A stretch of DNA of 63,577 nucleotides, the filler included, from Octopus bimaculoides (Eukaryota), in assembly GCF_001194135.2 (NCBI RefSeq). It is 6 parts of 5 records of this genome, joined end to end, with 100 filler letters (N's around TTAATTAATTAA, not from the genome) between each part and the next. Parts side by side here need not be neighbours in the genome. Positions count along the whole stretch, not along the records: positions 62,455 to 63,577 come from NW_026436100.1; 5 more parts are not named here. One strand, written 5' to 3'. Of the stretch, positions 63,115-63,577 are shown in pieces. A model generated the notes under the pieces. The model worked only from the letters and a program-made list of their open reading frames with translations, ran no database searches and had not been told where the DNA came from. The position numbers and the translations under genes were made by a program. The number at the start of each line of letters is the position of its first letter. The stretch's first letter is position 1.

Positions 63115-63260
63115 TTGGAGTCGCGTTGCTTAGTGGTTAGGGTGTTGGACTCATGATCGTAAGATTGTGGTTTCAATTCCAGGTCCGTGAGATGCGTTGT
63201 GACTTTGAGCCAAGCACTTCAATTCTCATTGCTCCAGACTCCAGTCTACTCTGCCAACAA
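63115..63260 (+). mobile_element. tRNA SINE head related to family C
   Basis: GGAGTCGCGTTGCTTAGTGGTTAGGG..GGTTTCAATTCC. Confidence 0.65.
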
Positions 63261-63577
63261 AAGTGAGTAATCCTGTTACAGACCGGCGCCCCATCCAGAT
63301 GTGTGTATATATGTGTCACAAAAACCGGAAGACCGCTGCAAAGCAGTAAAACAATGGTGTACTAACAACAAAGGCAATAACAATATTCAACAATTCAACA
63401 ACTTTAATATGACAAGCAAACAAGCGATTTTGACCGTAAATAACGACACTAACTATTGGCGTTCAAATTGCGAATCCATTGTTTACGAACCACACAGGGT
63501 CAAAACACAGATGAGACAATACAAGGGCAGACAGAAACACAAAGGTGGGGGAAAAGCAAATGGAAGACGATGAAATG

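Noticed and set aside
1-63577. CRISPR array, rRNA or prokaryotic operon
   Set aside because: No regularly spaced repeat-spacer array, no rRNA-like sequence and no dense coding; the DNA is clearly eukaryotic.

Overview
AT-rich, microsatellite-saturated, gap-ridden animal genomic DNA. The SINE families and gap style suggest a cephalopod, most likely an Octopus draft assembly (inference from memory, not a database hit). No host protein-coding gene can be called confidently; almost all long ORFs in the track are N-run or simple-repeat artefacts. Recognisable content: (1) three abundant tRNA-headed SINE families, labelled A, B (CORE-like) and C here; (2) dead fragments of RLE-type non-LTR retrotransposons, Tc1/mariner transposases, Helitrons and several Penelope-like elements (PLEs; RT and GIY-YIG C-terminal region); (3) at least 15 hammerhead-ribozyme-like motifs (CUGANGA-stem II-GAAA-palindromic stem III-UH) in about five repeat families. 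One family is a tRNA-headed, (TAA)n-containing SINE with a minimal type I hammerhead: six copies, one with a fully intact core at 7889-7934, often in inverted pairs. Three other families share an expanded core with an extra A on both sides of stem II. A CpG-rich block at about 29.4-30.9 kb inside a CpG-depleted domain suggests an unresolved gene 5' end. Five TTAATTAATTAA linkers are artificial joins, so continuity across them is not guaranteed. All alignments, counts and folds were done by eye.
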